Below, piece after piece: positions 1 through 11,511 of a stretch of 64,000 bases of DNA. A program made the position numbers and the translations under genes. Origin of the DNA: Escherichia coli (GTDB taxonomy: Bacteria; Pseudomonadota; Gammaproteobacteria; Enterobacterales; Enterobacteriaceae); NCBI RefSeq assembly GCF_044324785.1, contig NZ_CP172127.1. One strand, 5' to 3'. The notes beneath the pieces were generated by a model. That model was not told where the DNA came from. It was given only the letters and a program-made list of their open reading frames with translations, and did no database searches. How positions within the stretch are numbered: position 1 is the stretch's first letter; each line of letters opens with the position of its first letter.

Positions 1-1
1 A

Positions 2-181
2 GCGGTGCATTTAACCGGCACCGGCGTGCCCACGGTGGTGATGGGGCCAGCGACGCGCCACGGACATTGTGCGGCATCGATTGCCGATTGCCGCGACATT
101 TTGCAGATGCAGCAACTTTTATCTGCCCTTATTCAACGTCTTACCCGTGAGACGGTTGTTCAACTGACGGATTTCAGATGA
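2..181 (+). CDS. ypdE: C-terminal fragment of aminopeptidase YpdE (5' end lies outside the window)
   Basis: Stop-free reading frame from window start to TGA at 179-181, immediately upstream of fryA on the same strand as in the K-12 fryBC-ypdFE-fryA cluster; identity inferred from position only. Confidence 0.5.
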   Translation, partial: AVHLTGTGVPTVVMGPATRHGHCAASIADCRDILQMQQLLSALIQRLTRETVVQLTDFR

Positions 182-205
182 TCTCCTGATTAACCCGGAG
201 CGGTT

Positions 206-2701
206 ATGTTAACGATTCAATTTCTCTGTCCTTTGCCTAACGGTATTCATGCTCGTCCGGCGTGGGAACTTAAAGAACAGTGCAGCCAGTGGCAAAGCGA
301 AATCACTTTTATTAACCATCGCCAGAACGCAAAGGCCGATGCGAAAAGTTCGCTGGCGCTGATTGGCACCGGCACTTTATTTAATGACAGTTGCAGCCTG
401 AACATCAGCGGCAGCGATGAAGAACAGGCGCGGCGCGTGCTGGAAGAGTACATCCAGGTGCGCTTTATCGACAGCGACAGCATTCAGCCGACGCAGGCAG
501 AACTGACGGCGCATCCGCTACCGCGTTCATTAAGCCGTCTGAATCCTGATTTACTGTACGGCAATGTGCTGGCAAGCGGTGTCGGCGTGGGTACGCTGAC
601 CCTGTTACAGAGCGACAGCCTCGACAGTTATCGGGCAATCCCGGCCAGTGCGCAAGACTCCACCCGGCTGGAGCACAGCCTGGCAACGCTTGCCGAGCAA
701 CTGAACCAGCAACTGCGCGAGCGTGACGGCGAAAGCAAAACTATCCTCAGCGCCCATTTGTCGCTGATCCAGGATGATGAATTTGCAGGCAATATCCGTC
801 ACCTGATGGCAGAACAGCATCAGGGGCTGGGGGCGGCGATCATCAGCAATATGGAGCAGGTTTGTGCCAAACTTTCTGCTTCTGCCAGCGATTATCTGCG
901 CGAGCGGGTCAGCGACATTCGCGATATCAGCGAACAGTTACTGCATATCACCTGGCCGGAACTAAAACCGCGCAATAATCTGGTGCTTGAAAAACCGACT
1001 ATTCTGGTGGCTGAAGATTTAACCCCAAGCCAGTTTTTGAGCCTCGATTTACAAAATCTTGCGGGCATGATTCTGGAGAAAACCGGGCGCACCTCGCATA
1101 CCCTGATTCTGGCCCGCGCCTCGGCGATCCCGGTTCTTAGCGGCTTGCCGCTGGATGCGATTGCCCGTTATGCCGGGCAACCGGCGGTGCTTGACGCCCA
1201 GTGCGGCGTGCTGGCGATTAACCCGAATGACGCGGTGAGCGGTTATTATCAGGTCGCGCAGACGCTGGCGGATAAACGCCAAAAACAACAGGCGCAGGCC
1301 GCCGCGCAGCTGGCCTATTCCCGTGATAACAAGCGTATTGATATTGCGGCGAATATCGGCACCGCTCTGGAAGCGCCAGGCGCGTTTGCTAACGGCGCGG
1401 AAGGTGTTGGGCTGTTCCGTACCGAAATGCTCTATATGGATCGCGACAGCGCGCCGGACGAGCAGGAGCAATTTGAAGCCTACCAGCAGGTGCTACTGGC
1501 GGCGGGCGACAAGCCGATTATCTTCCGCACGATGGACATCGGCGGCGATAAAAGCATTCCTTATCTGAATATTCCCCAGGAAGAGAACCCGTTCCTCGGC
1601 TATCGCGCGGTACGTATTTACCCGGAATTTGCTGGCCTGTTCCGCACTCAACTGCGGGCCATTTTGCGCGCCGCCAGTTTCGGCAACGCCCAGTTGATGA
1701 TCCCAATGGTTCACAGCCTCGATCAGATCTTATGGGTGAAGGGCGAGATCCAAAAAGCGATCGTTGAGCTTAAGCGCGATGGCCTGCGTCATGCAGAGAT
1801 GATTACGCTGGGTATCATGGTGGAAGTGCCGTCGGTGTGCTACATCATCGACCACTTCTGCGATGAGGTCGATTTCTTCAGTATCGGTTCTAACGATATG
1901 ACCCAGTATCTGTATGCGGTCGATCGTAATAACCCGCGCGTATCGCCGCTGTATAACCCGATTACGCCATCGTTCCTGCGCATGTTGCAGCAAATAGTTA
2001 CCACTGCGCATCAGCGGGGCAAATGGGTAGGCATTTGCGGTGAACTGGGCGGTGAAAGCCGTTATCTGCCGCTACTGCTTGGGCTGGGCCTGGATGAGCT
2101 GAGTATGAGTAGCCCGCGCATTCCGGCGGTGAAAAGCCAGCTTCGTCAACTGGATAGCGAGGCGTGTCGGGAACTGGCACGTCAGGCGTGTGAATGTCGC
2201 AGCGCGCAGGAAATTGAAGCGTTACTCACCGCCTTTACGCCGGAAGAAGACGTTCGCCCGCTGCTGGCGCTGGAGAATATCTTCGTTGATCAGGCCTTTA
2301 GTAATAAAGAGCAGGCGATCCAGTTCCTGTGTGGCAACCTCGGCGTTAACGGGCGCACGGAACATCCGTTTGAGCTGGAAGAGGATGTCTGGCAGCGGGA
2401 AGAGATTGTCACCACCGGCGTTGGTTTTGGCGTGGCGATCCCGCACACCAAATCGCAGTGGATCCGTCATTCCAGTATCAGCATTGCCCGGCTGGCGAAA
2501 CCGGTTGACTGGCAGTCAGAAATGGGCGAAGTCGAACTGGTGATCATGCTGACGCTGGGTGCTAACGAAGGGATGAATCATGTGAAAGTCTTCTCGCAGC
2601 TGGCGCGTAAACTGGTGAATAAAAACTTCCGCCAGTCGTTGTTTGCCGCGCAAGATGCACAAAGTATCCTGACGCTGCTGGAAACAGAATTAACCTTCTG
2701 A
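206..2701 (+). CDS. fryA: PTS multiphosphoryl transfer protein (HPr-EI-EIIA fusion), PtsA paralog
   Basis: 831-aa ORF; recognised as FryA/YpdD from sequence and from position beside ypdCBA. Confidence 0.9.
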   Translation: MLTIQFLCPLPNGIHARPAWELKEQCSQWQSEITFINHRQNAKADAKSSLALIGTGTLFNDSCSLNISGSDEEQARRVLEEYIQVRFIDSDSIQPTQAELTAHPLPRSLSRLNPDLLYGNVLASGVGVGTLTLLQSDSLDSYRAIPASAQDSTRLEHSLATLAEQLNQQLRERDGESKTILSAHLSLIQDDEFAGNIRHLMAEQHQGLGAAIISNMEQVCAKLSASASDYLRERVSDIRDISEQLLHITWPELKPRNNLVLEKPTILVAEDLTPSQFLSLDLQNLAGMILEKTGRTSHTLILARASAIPVLSGLPLDAIARYAGQPAVLDAQCGVLAINPNDAVSGYYQVAQTLADKRQKQQAQAAAQLAYSRDNKRIDIAANIGTALEAPGAFANGAEGVGLFRTEMLYMDRDSAPDEQEQFEAYQQVLLAAGDKPIIFRTMDIGGDKSIPYLNIPQEENPFLGYRAVRIYPEFAGLFRTQLRAILRAASFGNAQLMIPMVHSLDQILWVKGEIQKAIVELKRDGLRHAEMITLGIMVEVPSVCYIIDHFCDEVDFFSIGSNDMTQYLYAVDRNNPRVSPLYNPITPSFLRMLQQIVTTAHQRGKWVGICGELGGESRYLPLLLGLGLDELSMSSPRIPAVKSQLRQLDSEACRELARQACECRSAQEIEALLTAFTPEEDVRPLLALENIFVDQAFSNKEQAIQFLCGNLGVNGRTEHPFELEEDVWQREEIVTTGVGFGVAIPHTKSQWIRHSSISIARLAKPVDWQSEMGEVELVIMLTLGANEGMNHVKVFSQLARKLVNKNFRQSLFAAQDAQSILTLLETELTF

Positions 2702-2703
2702 CG

Positions 2704-3561
2704 TTAGCCCTGAAAACGGGCGCTGTACTCTCCCGGCGTCAGACCAAACTGACGCCGGAAAACGCGACAAAAATAGTCGCTATCCGGAAAACCGCAACGC
2801 TGCGCCACTTCATGAATCGACAGATGATATTTCTGCAAAATCATCCTCGCCTTCGCCATTCGCACCCAACGCACATATTCGATAAAACGCATTGTTCCAT
2901 GCTGCGCAAACAGTTTTGACAGATGATTGGGCGTGATATTAAAAAACAGCGCCACGCTCTCACGGGTGAGCGGCTGGGCATAATTATCCTGAACCCAGTT
3001 ACAAATGCTGTGATAAAGAAAATCGCCGCGCGGCTGCGAATTGCCCGGCGGCATATTCACCACGTTACGGCAAAGATGCAGCAAACTTAACACCAGCGGC
3101 TGAATGATATTCTGCTCCAGCGGCGAACGGCTAAGATGGGTGAGTGCAGTAAGCATTGCTTCACCTTCGCCGCGTTGCAGGCTGGGAAGTTGGATCTGGC
3201 GAGCAGGATGCAACAACGACGTGGTGCGGCTATCGTAAAACGATAACCCAAGCCAGGTCGGTGCGAACACCAGGCTTAACAGCATCACCGGTTTGTTGTT
3301 GATCGGTAAATTAGCCGCGCGCGCTGGAATAAACAGCATTTCTCCTTCAACCATACGTTGCTGCTTTGCTTCCAGCAGATTGCCGTATTCGCCGCGCAGC
3401 ACGATATCCAGACGGGGAAAATCAATACATAAACTGCCCACCGGTAACGAGGCAGGCTGGCTGGCAAACCAGACGCGCCCCAGTAGTTGCGGGTTAAGCA
3501 CCAGGCCGCTGAACAGATCGGCGAAAAATTGTTGATCGGCGGGCAAGCCTGGTGCTTTCAT
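2704..3561 (-). CDS. ypdC: AraC-family transcriptional regulator
   Basis: 285-aa ORF with C-terminal AraC-type HTH region; convergent with fryA as in K-12. Confidence 0.85.
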   Translation of the reverse strand: MKAPGLPADQQFFADLFSGLVLNPQLLGRVWFASQPASLPVGSLCIDFPRLDIVLRGEYGNLLEAKQQRMVEGEMLFIPARAANLPINNKPVMLLSLVFAPTWLGLSFYDSRTTSLLHPARQIQLPSLQRGEGEAMLTALTHLSRSPLEQNIIQPLVLSLLHLCRNVVNMPPGNSQPRGDFLYHSICNWVQDNYAQPLTRESVALFFNITPNHLSKLFAQHGTMRFIEYVRWVRMAKARMILQKYHLSIHEVAQRCGFPDSDYFCRVFRRQFGLTPGEYSARFQG

Positions 3562-3573
3562 GAAAGTTCCCGA

Positions 3574-4326
3574 TTAAAGATGCATTAACTGGCGGAATTC
3601 TTTAACTTTGCTGCGGCTGACCGGCACTTCAAAATCCAGATCTTTCAGCCGCAGAATATAGGTGTTATTAAACCACGGTTCGATCTCGCGGATTTTGTTC
3701 AGATTGACACAAAATGAGCGATGGCAGCGGAAAAAATGCGACGGCGGCAGCTTGCTGCAAAACTCGGTAATGTTCATCGGCATTACGTAGGATTCACGCC
3801 GCGTATAGACAAAGGTCATTTTCTCGTGCGCTTCGGCGTAATAGATATCGTTAATTGGCGTGACAATGATTCGCTCATCTTTCACCAGATTAATGGTGTC
3901 ATTCTCACGCGTTACCGTCGCGGCAGGCGTACTGCTGGTCTGCTGTTGTTGCCAGGCTGCTTCCAGTTTTTGCAGCATCCCGGTAATGCGTGACTCCTGA
4001 TACGGTTTGAGAATGTAGTCAAACGCTTCCAGTTCAAATGCTTCTACCGCATGTTCTTTCCACGCGGTGATGAACACAATAAACGGTTTATGGGCGAACT
4101 GGCTGATGTTTTGCGCCAGCAACACGCCATCCAGCGACGGAATATTGATATCCAGAAAAATGGCGTCGACGCGGTTATGCTGCAAAAACTTCAACACGTC
4201 CAGACCGTCGTCAAAGGTGCCGACAATCTCCATCTGGCTGTGCTCTTTAATTAGCCAGCTCAGTTCCTGTTGTGCCAGGAATTCGTCTTCAACAATGATG
4301 ACTTTCACAATATCACTCCGGCTCAA
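3574..4326 (-). CDS. ypdB: LytTR-family response regulator of the pyruvate-responsive YpdA/YpdB two-component system
   Basis: ORF contains VKVIIVEDE, matching the YpdB N-terminus MKVIIVEDE; true start is probably the GTG at 4308 giving 244 aa, while the ATG at 4326 overlaps the ypdA stop. Confidence 0.88.
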
Positions 4327-6020
4327 AGCAATAACGTAGCCTGTGAGGCGACTGGGGTGCGTTGGTTAGGAATGTAAAACGCAATTTCCGTTCCTGGTTC
4401 CAGGCGGCGGATATGCAGCCCCTCGCCATACAATAACTTCACGCGATGATGGACATTCAGCAGGCCAATTTTATTGCCCGGCATTTCGTTCGCTTCGACC
4501 CGCTCAATGACTTTTGGATCGATGCCGTGCCCGGTATCTCGCACCGCAATGCGTACCCGATTACCGCACTCTGCAACGCTGATGGTGACAACGCCTTTAC
4601 CTTTGCAAGGCTGAATACCGTGGACAATGGCATTCTCCACCAACGGCTGGATCAGCAGGCTGGGAATGCAGCAATTCACCTCTTCATCAATATCATAGAT
4701 AACCGTCAGCTTGTCGCCAAAGCGGGCCTGCTCAATGGCAATATAGTCTTTAATTTGATACAGCTCTTTTTTGATATCGATTTGCTCATCATCTTTTAAT
4801 TCAATGTTATAGCGCAGATAACGCGACAGATTAAAGATCAGCTGGCGAGCGGTATCTGGATTCAGACGGATTGACGATGAAATAGCGTTCAGAGCGTTAA
4901 ACAGAAAATGGGGATTAATTTTGCTTTGCAGAGCGCGAAGCTCTGCCTTATTTGCCATTTCACGTAACTGCTCGGCACGCGAAACCTCCAGTTGCGTGGA
5001 GATGATTTGCGACAGACCGACCGCCATTTCCTGTAATGACGAGGTGATCTGATGCGCGTGGCAGTAGTAAATTTTCAGCGTTCCGGTCACAACGCCTTTC
5101 TCCCACAATGGGATCACCAGCATGGAATGAATCTCTGGTGTGCGGTGGGCTTCATCATTGTTTTTAATGATGATTTTTCCGTAATTCATCGCCTGTCGGG
5201 TAGTCGGACTAATGAAGTCATCGCCATTCTGATAGTTGTGTTCGCCCACGCCGACATAGGCCAGCACATGATCGGTATTAGTAATCGCCACCGCATCGGC
5301 GTGAATATCATCGCGGATAATTTCGCAGACCTTGCGTAATGACTCGCTATTGACATGGCGAAACAGCGGCAGCGTTTTGTTGGCAATATCCAGCGCCAGC
5401 TTGGCCTGCCGCGCGGCGCTGGCCTCTTTTTCGCCCTCAACGCTTTGCACCAGCAGCACAATAAAGCCGATACAGACGCTACCGAGGATCATTGGAATCC
5501 CGATTTTAGAGACGATATCGATCCCCAACGCGGTAGTTGGTGCCCAGACAATCACCAGAATCATGGTCAACGTTTCACACAACATGCCGCCGAGAATACC
5601 GACGCGCCAGCGCTGTGCTTTAGGGATTTTCAGGTTGATCCAGCCCGATATACAACCCGCCAGAATGCTGGTGATAAAGCAGGGGATCGCCGTCACGCCG
5701 CCGATATCAATTAAATAACGGTGAATACCTGCGATCACGCCGGTAATAATGCCTACCCACGGGCCAAACAGTATCCCGCCTGACATCACCGCGATAATAC
5801 GTACGTTCACCAGCGAGCCTTCTACGGGAACGCCGGACCAGGTGCTGAACAGGGCGAACAGCGAGAAAATGGCGGTAACGGCGAGCAGCTCTTTCGGTGA
5901 GTGTGCCGACTTGTGCAACAGTTCGCGAAACAGGCGGATACGGATGAGAAAGAACAGGCAGATAAGCATTAACGCTGCCCGATCGAAGACCGCCAGCAGC
6001 ATGTTGAATATTTCGTGCAC
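4323..6020 (-). CDS. ypdA: LytS-type sensor histidine kinase
   Basis: 565-aa ORF with hydrophobic N-terminal domain, GAF-like region and C-terminal histidine kinase; operon partner of ypdB. Confidence 0.9.
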
Positions 6021-6396
6021 GGGTGACTCTGAATAAGGATTAAACCTCTATGATAGGTAACCTGAAGGCTGATGACCAGCAGGCCGTTTTTGAGGAAAAA
6101 CCACAATTTTAAAAGGGGATTGAAAGATAAATGGTGTATTAGCAATGCATCTCTTGATAATGCATATCTGGTTAGTAAATTTATTGAATTTATAATGTTA
6201 ATAAATTGAGTGGTAATTTTCTTGTTCGCGTAGATAAATTTCCTGTTTTTAAAGTGGAGTTCCTCATTTAAAGCCATTGATAAAAATGTTCTAAAACGCT
6301 GGACAGACAGAAATTAATCAGGCTATTTTCAAAACAGCCACCATCGTGGCAGCGTCGCTCGGACGGTCCGGGCGCTAACGTTAATCTGAGGAAATT

Positions 6397-7635
6397 ATGG
6401 CTGACACTCGCCCTGAACGTCGCTTTACGCGCATTGATCGTCTCCCGCCCTACGTTTTTAATATTACCGCTGAACTGAAAATGGCTGCGCGTCGGCGCGG
6501 CGAAGATATTATCGATTTCAGTATGGGTAACCCGGACGGTGCGACTCCGCCGCACATCGTCGAAAAATTATGTACGGTGGCCCAGCGCCCGGACACGCAT
6601 GGTTACTCTACTTCACGCGGCATTCCGCGGTTACGTCGCGCCATTTCCCGCTGGTATCAGGATCGCTACGACGTTGAAATCGACCCGGAATCAGAAGCCA
6701 TCGTCACCATTGGTTCGAAAGAGGGCCTGGCGCATCTGATGCTGGCGACGCTGGATCATGGCGACACCGTACTGGTGCCTAATCCAAGCTACCCGATTCA
6801 TATTTACGGCGCGGTGATTGCCGGGGCGCAGGTACGCTCAGTGCCGCTGGTGGAAGGTGTCGATTTCTTCAACGAACTGGAACGCGCCATTCGTGAAAGT
6901 TATCCGAAACCGAAGATGATGATCCTCGGCTTCCCGTCGAATCCAACCGCGCAATGCGTGGAACTGGAATTCTTTGAGAAGGTTGTGGCGCTGGCGAAAC
7001 GCTACGATGTGCTGGTGGTCCATGACCTGGCCTATGCCGATATCGTCTACGATGGCTGGAAAGCGCCGTCAATCATGCAGGTGCCGGGTGCACGCGATGT
7101 GGCGGTCGAGTTCTTTACGCTGTCGAAAAGCTACAACATGGCGGGCTGGCGTATCGGCTTTATGGTTGGCAACAAAACGCTGGTTAGTGCGCTGGCACGT
7201 ATTAAAAGCTATCACGATTACGGCACCTTTACGCCGTTGCAGGTGGCGGCGATTGCGGCACTGGAGGGCGATCAACAGTGCGTGCGCGACATTGCCGAAC
7301 AGTACAAACGCCGCCGCGATGTGCTGGTGAAAGGGCTGCATGAAGCGGGCTGGATGGTCGAAATGCCGAAGGCTTCGATGTATGTCTGGGCGAAAATCCC
7401 GGAACCGTATGCTGCCATGGGCTCGCTGGAATTTGCCAAGAAGCTGCTGAACGAAGCGAAGGTCTGTGTCTCTCCGGGGATTGGCTTTGGCGACTACGGC
7501 GACACGCATGTTCGCTTTGCACTGATTGAAAACCGCGACCGTATTCGTCAGGCGATTCGTGGGATTAAAGCGATGTTCCGTGCCGATGGTTTACTACCCG
7601 CCAGCAGCAAACATATTCACGAAAATGCGGAATAA
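6397..7635 (+). CDS. alaC: glutamate-pyruvate aminotransferase
   Basis: 412-aa class I aminotransferase ORF; position between ypdA and lpxP matches alaC (yfdZ). Confidence 0.9.
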   Translation: MADTRPERRFTRIDRLPPYVFNITAELKMAARRRGEDIIDFSMGNPDGATPPHIVEKLCTVAQRPDTHGYSTSRGIPRLRRAISRWYQDRYDVEIDPESEAIVTIGSKEGLAHLMLATLDHGDTVLVPNPSYPIHIYGAVIAGAQVRSVPLVEGVDFFNELERAIRESYPKPKMMILGFPSNPTAQCVELEFFEKVVALAKRYDVLVVHDLAYADIVYDGWKAPSIMQVPGARDVAVEFFTLSKSYNMAGWRIGFMVGNKTLVSALARIKSYHDYGTFTPLQVAAIAALEGDQQCVRDIAEQYKRRRDVLVKGLHEAGWMVEMPKASMYVWAKIPEPYAAMGSLEFAKKLLNEAKVCVSPGIGFGDYGDTHVRFALIENRDRIRQAIRGIKAMFRADGLLPASSKHIHENAE

Positions 7636-7654
7636 ACACCGACCTCAAAAATGC

Positions 7655-7687
7655 AAACAGGAGCCTGATGGCTCCTGTTTTTCATTG
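7655..7687 (+). terminator. intrinsic terminator downstream of alaC
   Basis: Stem CAGGAGCC (7658-7665), loop TGAT, stem GGCTCCTG (7670-7677), followed by TTTTTCATTG. Confidence 0.7.
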
Positions 7688-7699
7688 CACAGTTTGCTT

Positions 7700-7771
7700 T
7701 TAGATCATCAGGGCAAAAGTACCGGCCCAAACGATGACCATAAAAGAAATGCCCATAAAGAAATATTTCAC
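7700..7771 (-). CDS. ypdK: small membrane protein YpdK (23 aa)
   Basis: Minus-strand GTG-initiated ORF translating to MKYFFMGISFMVIVWAGTFALMI, which I recognise as YpdK; absent from the ORF track because of its size. Confidence 0.8.
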   Translation of the reverse strand: MKYFFMGISFMVIVWAGTFALMI

Positions 7772-8126
7772 TTTACATCTCTCCGCGTAATTACTGTTAC
7801 GCCTGAATGACTTCATTACACCTGATACAGTGAGTTGACACCGGGCAAAACGACCTTAAAAGTCCTGTATTTTACCGTGGGCATCACCCCAGAATTCTGA
7901 GCTAAACTGCTCCAGACGGCGCTAATGTACGCCTAAAACTGAAACGAGACAAGAGGCATTTTCTTATTTACTTTTAGTAACTTACAGGTGTCTCATATCG
8001 GCGACAGTTTAATTTCTGGCGGTAATAATTAGAGATTCAGCGAAGGAAAAAACCTTAAGAAAAAAGCCATAAAAACCATGAGGTTATTATGGCTGATTTG
8101 AGGAGGGAAAGAGTAAGAGCAGTTTG

Positions 8127-9047
8127 TTAAATGTATAACGACGATTCACCCACCGGGCGCGTTTTAAAGCGACGGTGGATCCAGAGGTACTGCTCCGGCG
8201 CGCGCATGATCTCTTTCTCGATAATCTTGTTCATATAGGCAGCGGCTTGATTTTCATCTGCCGGGTAGCCTTCCATCTCTGGGGTGATGTACAAACGATA
8301 TCCGCTGTAATCCGCTTTTCTTACCATCGTTACGGTTAACATGGCTGCGCCAGAGAGACGTGAAAGGACATACGTACCATTGGTTGTGGCGACATTTTCC
8401 ACCGCAAAGAACGGCGCGAAGGAGCTGCCTTTACGACCATAATCCTGATCGGGAGCAAACCATACCGCTTCACCTTTCTTCAGTGCACCGACAATGCCGC
8501 GTAGATTATTTCTGCCGATCATCGCTTTGTTAGAGCGCATGCGCCCACGGGTCTGCACCCATTCCATCAGCTGATTATTATGTGGACGATAGGTAGCCAT
8601 CATTGGTTGACAAAGTCCCATCACGCGGCCGCCCAGTTCCAGCGACATAAAATGGACGCCGACAACCATTACGCCGCGATTTTGCATTTGTGCGCGTTTA
8701 AGGTTATCCAGTCCTTCAACATCAAACCATTTGCGTACGCGACTGTCGGGCCAGAACCACGCCATGCCGGTTTCTACCAGCGCCATGCCGAGTGAACGAA
8801 AGTTTTCGGCAATCATCTTCTCGCGTTCTTCCGCAGAATGCTGCGGGAAGCAAAGTTCCAGGTTTTTACGGGCGATAGATTCACGCCGTTTCAGGAATGG
8901 TCGCGCCATTGCGCCAATACGCGTGCCGAGAAAGCAGAGAACAGGATAAGGAAGCTGTACCCAAAGCCAGAGTACACCAAGCCCAAACCATGTGAGCCAG
9001 TAGCGAGGATGTAGAAACTCGCGGGAAAATTTGCATTGTGGAAACAT
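8127..9047 (-). CDS. lpxP: lipid A palmitoleoyltransferase (cold-induced)
   Basis: ORF 8127-9113 contains the LpxP sequence; N-terminus MFPQCKFSREFLHPRYW places the start at 9047 (306 aa). Confidence 0.9.
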   Translation of the reverse strand: MFPQCKFSREFLHPRYWLTWFGLGVLWLWVQLPYPVLCFLGTRIGAMARPFLKRRESIARKNLELCFPQHSAEEREKMIAENFRSLGMALVETGMAWFWPDSRVRKWFDVEGLDNLKRAQMQNRGVMVVGVHFMSLELGGRVMGLCQPMMATYRPHNNQLMEWVQTRGRMRSNKAMIGRNNLRGIVGALKKGEAVWFAPDQDYGRKGSSFAPFFAVENVATTNGTYVLSRLSGAAMLTVTMVRKADYSGYRLYITPEMEGYPADENQAAAYMNKIIEKEIMRAPEQYLWIHRRFKTRPVGESSLYI

Positions 9048-9399
9048 AGTTACCTTCTGTAGATACGAATTGTTGTATCGCAGAAGATTCCATGTCGACA
9101 GCGGTACACTCAATTGGTTGGGCCATCATGTACGACAATGGTTCCTGTAAAGAGTGTAAAGACTAGTCAGGACATAACCACGAGGAGCATGAATGCGGTG
9201 GCTCTACTTTATCACTGGCTGACTGCTTTCAGCTACTGATTATTAATCGTGCAAAGTAAATATTTTTCCGCACGCAATAGCGTTGCATTTAACGTGCTGT
9301 TTTCATTGATGCTTAGCAAAAATTGCCAGAGGTTAAGGATTGTCTTACTATTAAAGTGACTGAAGTTACAGGTTTTTTAGCGCGGCAGGAGGTTGAGCT

Positions 9400-9642
9400 A
9401 TGATTTATTTATGGATGTTTCTCGCCCTGTGTATTGTCTGCGTAAGCGGCTACATTGGTCAGGTCCTGAACGTGGTATCGGCGGTCTCTTCTTTCTTCGG
9501 CATGGTGATCCTCGCTGCACTCATTTATTACTTCACCATGTGGTTAACTGGCGGTAATGAACTGGTGACGGGGATATTTATGTTTCTTGCCCCGGCTTGT
9601 GGCTTGATGATTCGCTTTATGGTGGGGTATGGCAGGCGCTAG
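9400..9642 (+). CDS. yfdY: small inner membrane protein YfdY
   Basis: 80-aa hydrophobic ORF in the expected position between lpxP and ypdI. Confidence 0.75.
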   Translation: MIYLWMFLALCIVCVSGYIGQVLNVVSAVSSFFGMVILAALIYYFTMWLTGGNELVTGIFMFLAPACGLMIRFMVGYGRR

Positions 9643-9718
9643 TGGGTCAGGATGGTTCATTTGGGCAGGTGTTCACATCAGCATCAGGCATGATTGTTCA
9701 CCTGCCATGTGACAGACG

Positions 9719-9994
9719 CTATCGCACAGGATGGATAAGATAATTCGCCTTTGTCGGAAAAGGGGGCGGAATTTCTTCTGTGAGGTTTAATGGTGGCGCA
9801 TCTTCTCTCAACTTAAACAAAATCGCCTGTGATGGCTGAAGTTTTGTAGAATGAGTTGTCGTCATCACTGACGTTTTTTCTGTCTCTTTATAGCTCGTCT
9901 CACTTCCACCACCAGAAATAGAAAATGCAAAAACATTGCATGCCATAATAGAGACCAATAAAAATAAGCTAAAAAGCATTAAGTTTACTTTCAT
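9719..9994 (-). CDS. ypdI: lipoprotein YpdI
   Basis: 91-aa ORF with signal peptide and lipobox-like motif (LLVSIMAC); position matches ypdI. Confidence 0.75.
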   Translation of the reverse strand: MKVNLMLFSLFLLVSIMACNVFAFSISGGGSETSYKETEKTSVMTTTHSTKLQPSQAILFKLREDAPPLNLTEEIPPPFPTKANYLIHPVR

Positions 9995-10135
9995 AGAAAG
10001 TTATCCTGAAAATGGTTCACTGAAAACCTACGACGTTATGGCTGTATTTACATATAATTAATCAGTATTTACATCGATATAATAAATGACATCTCTTTTT
10101 GGTATATAAGAATAGTTCTCTGTGACAGGAAGCAT

Positions 10136-10153
10136 ATTCCTACAATTGTAAGA
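10136..10153. promoter_or_regulatory. putative EvgA box upstream of yfdX
   Basis: TTCCTACA-AT-TGTAAGAC matches the 18-bp EvgA inverted-repeat consensus TTCPyTACA-N2-TGTAPuGAA as I recall it; about 135 bp upstream of the yfdX start. Confidence 0.6.
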
Positions 10154-10289
10154 CTAAAATACTTCTTGCGATAATAACTACAGCTGTAAGATAACCCTTT
10201 CAAAATGACCGTTGCTCTCTGATTTCTCATTTCATGCTCACCCAATATGATGGCGGCGTTTTCTAAAACTGTTAAAGAATGAGGTAAGT

Positions 10290-10922
10290 ATGAAACGTTT
10301 AATTATGGCTACGATGGTCACAGCAATTCTGGCATCTTCAACTGTATGGGCGGCTGATAATGCACCGGTAGCGGCACAACAGCAAACTCAGCAAGTTCAG
10401 CAAACCCAGAAAACGGCAGCAGCAGAGCGTATCTCTGAACAAGGTTTATATGCGATGCGTGACGTGCAGGTAGCGCGCCTGGCTCTGTTTCATGGCGATC
10501 CGGAAAAGGCAAAAGAACTGACCAATGAAGCTTCAGCTTTGTTGTCAGATGACAGTACCGAATGGGCAAAGTTCGCTAAGCCAGGTAAAAAGACCAATCT
10601 CAATGATGACCAATATATTGTCATTAATGCATCTGTCGGAATTTCTGAGAGTTATGTAGCGACACCCGAAAAAGAAGCCGCGATAAAAATTGCCAACGAA
10701 AAAATGGCGAAAGGGGATAAAAAGGGCGCAATGGAAGAGCTTCGCCTGGCCGGTGTTGGCGTAATGGAAAACCAATATCTGATGCCGCTTAAACAGACTC
10801 GTAATGCACTTGCTGATGCGCAGAAACTGCTTGATAAAAAGCAATACTACGAGGCAAACCTGGCGCTTAAAGGTGCTGAAGATGGAATCATCGTCGATAG
10901 CGAAGCACTGTTTGTGAACTAA
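10290..10922 (+). CDS. yfdX: periplasmic protein YfdX (EvgA-regulated)
   Basis: 210-aa ORF with N-terminal signal peptide; position and sequence consistent with YfdX. Confidence 0.88.
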   Translation: MKRLIMATMVTAILASSTVWAADNAPVAAQQQTQQVQQTQKTAAAERISEQGLYAMRDVQVARLALFHGDPEKAKELTNEASALLSDDSTEWAKFAKPGKKTNLNDDQYIVINASVGISESYVATPEKEAAIKIANEKMAKGDKKGAMEELRLAGVGVMENQYLMPLKQTRNALADAQKLLDKKQYYEANLALKGAEDGIIVDSEALFVN

Positions 10923-11165
10923 AGCTGACAGGCAATATATTGAGGTAAAGGATTTAACTCCCTCCAGCCGACAATTTTTTATGACCACAATACGACAGGT
11001 TGTGGTCATAAAATTATTTGGCGCTCGCGGTTCTATAAACTCGCATTTTATCTTCCTCAAAGTAACCCGCAATAATTCCGTGTCATCACAAATCATTTAT
11101 TATGTTATGCTTTATGGTACGCTTTAAAAAGCGTAATCATACCCTTACTTGTAAATCACCGGCGC

Positions 11166-11183
11166 TTCTTACAGTTGTAAGAA
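11166..11183. promoter_or_regulatory. putative EvgA box of the frc-oxc-yfdV-yfdE promoter
   Basis: TTCTTACA-GT-TGTAAGAA is a perfect match to the EvgA inverted-repeat consensus; about 250 bp upstream of the frc start codon at 11435. Confidence 0.65.
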
Positions 11184-11446
11184 TAACATCACAAATGTCG
11201 CGGCTCTCTCTGATTACCGCGAACCAATATTTATCATATTCTTCTTTTCGTCCTCACTACTTACCATGCAGAAAGGAATTGGAAGTGGCGATGAAATGAT
11301 TATCAGCACTTGATACAGGAATTTAAAAATATCGAGTGCAGCTACGACGATATTTTGCGGATTATTTATAGAGAGCGTTATGCCTTAAATAAACGCTAAA
11401 TTAACATATATTTAATTAACTAATAGGTATTGCTATGTCAACTCCA

Positions 11447-11455
11447 CTTCAAGGA
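11447..11455. repeat. 9-bp target site duplication (left copy) of the IS903 insertion
   Basis: CTTCAAGGA immediately left of the IS, identical to 12513-12521. Confidence 0.9.
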
Positions 11456-11473
11456 GGCTTTGTTGAATAAATC
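11456..11473. repeat. IS903 terminal inverted repeat (transposase-distal end)
   Basis: GGCTTTGTTGAATAAATC, perfect reverse complement of 12495-12512. Confidence 0.9.
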
Positions 11474-11511
11474 AGATTTCGGGTAAGTCTCCCCCGTAGC
11501 GGGTTGTGTTT

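Noticed and set aside
7526-7810. 94-aa plus-strand ORF spanning the alaC stop and terminator
   Set aside because: Runs through the alaC terminator hairpin and covers the region where the 23-aa ypdK is encoded on the opposite strand; the ypdK reading is supported by an exact remembered peptide, this one is not.
10545-11096. 183-aa minus-strand ORF overlapping the 3' half of yfdX and the yfdX-frc spacer
   Set aside because: Overlaps yfdX in antisense, has no ribosome-binding context I could see, and K-12 has no gene here to my knowledge; treated as a chance ORF in AT-rich DNA.
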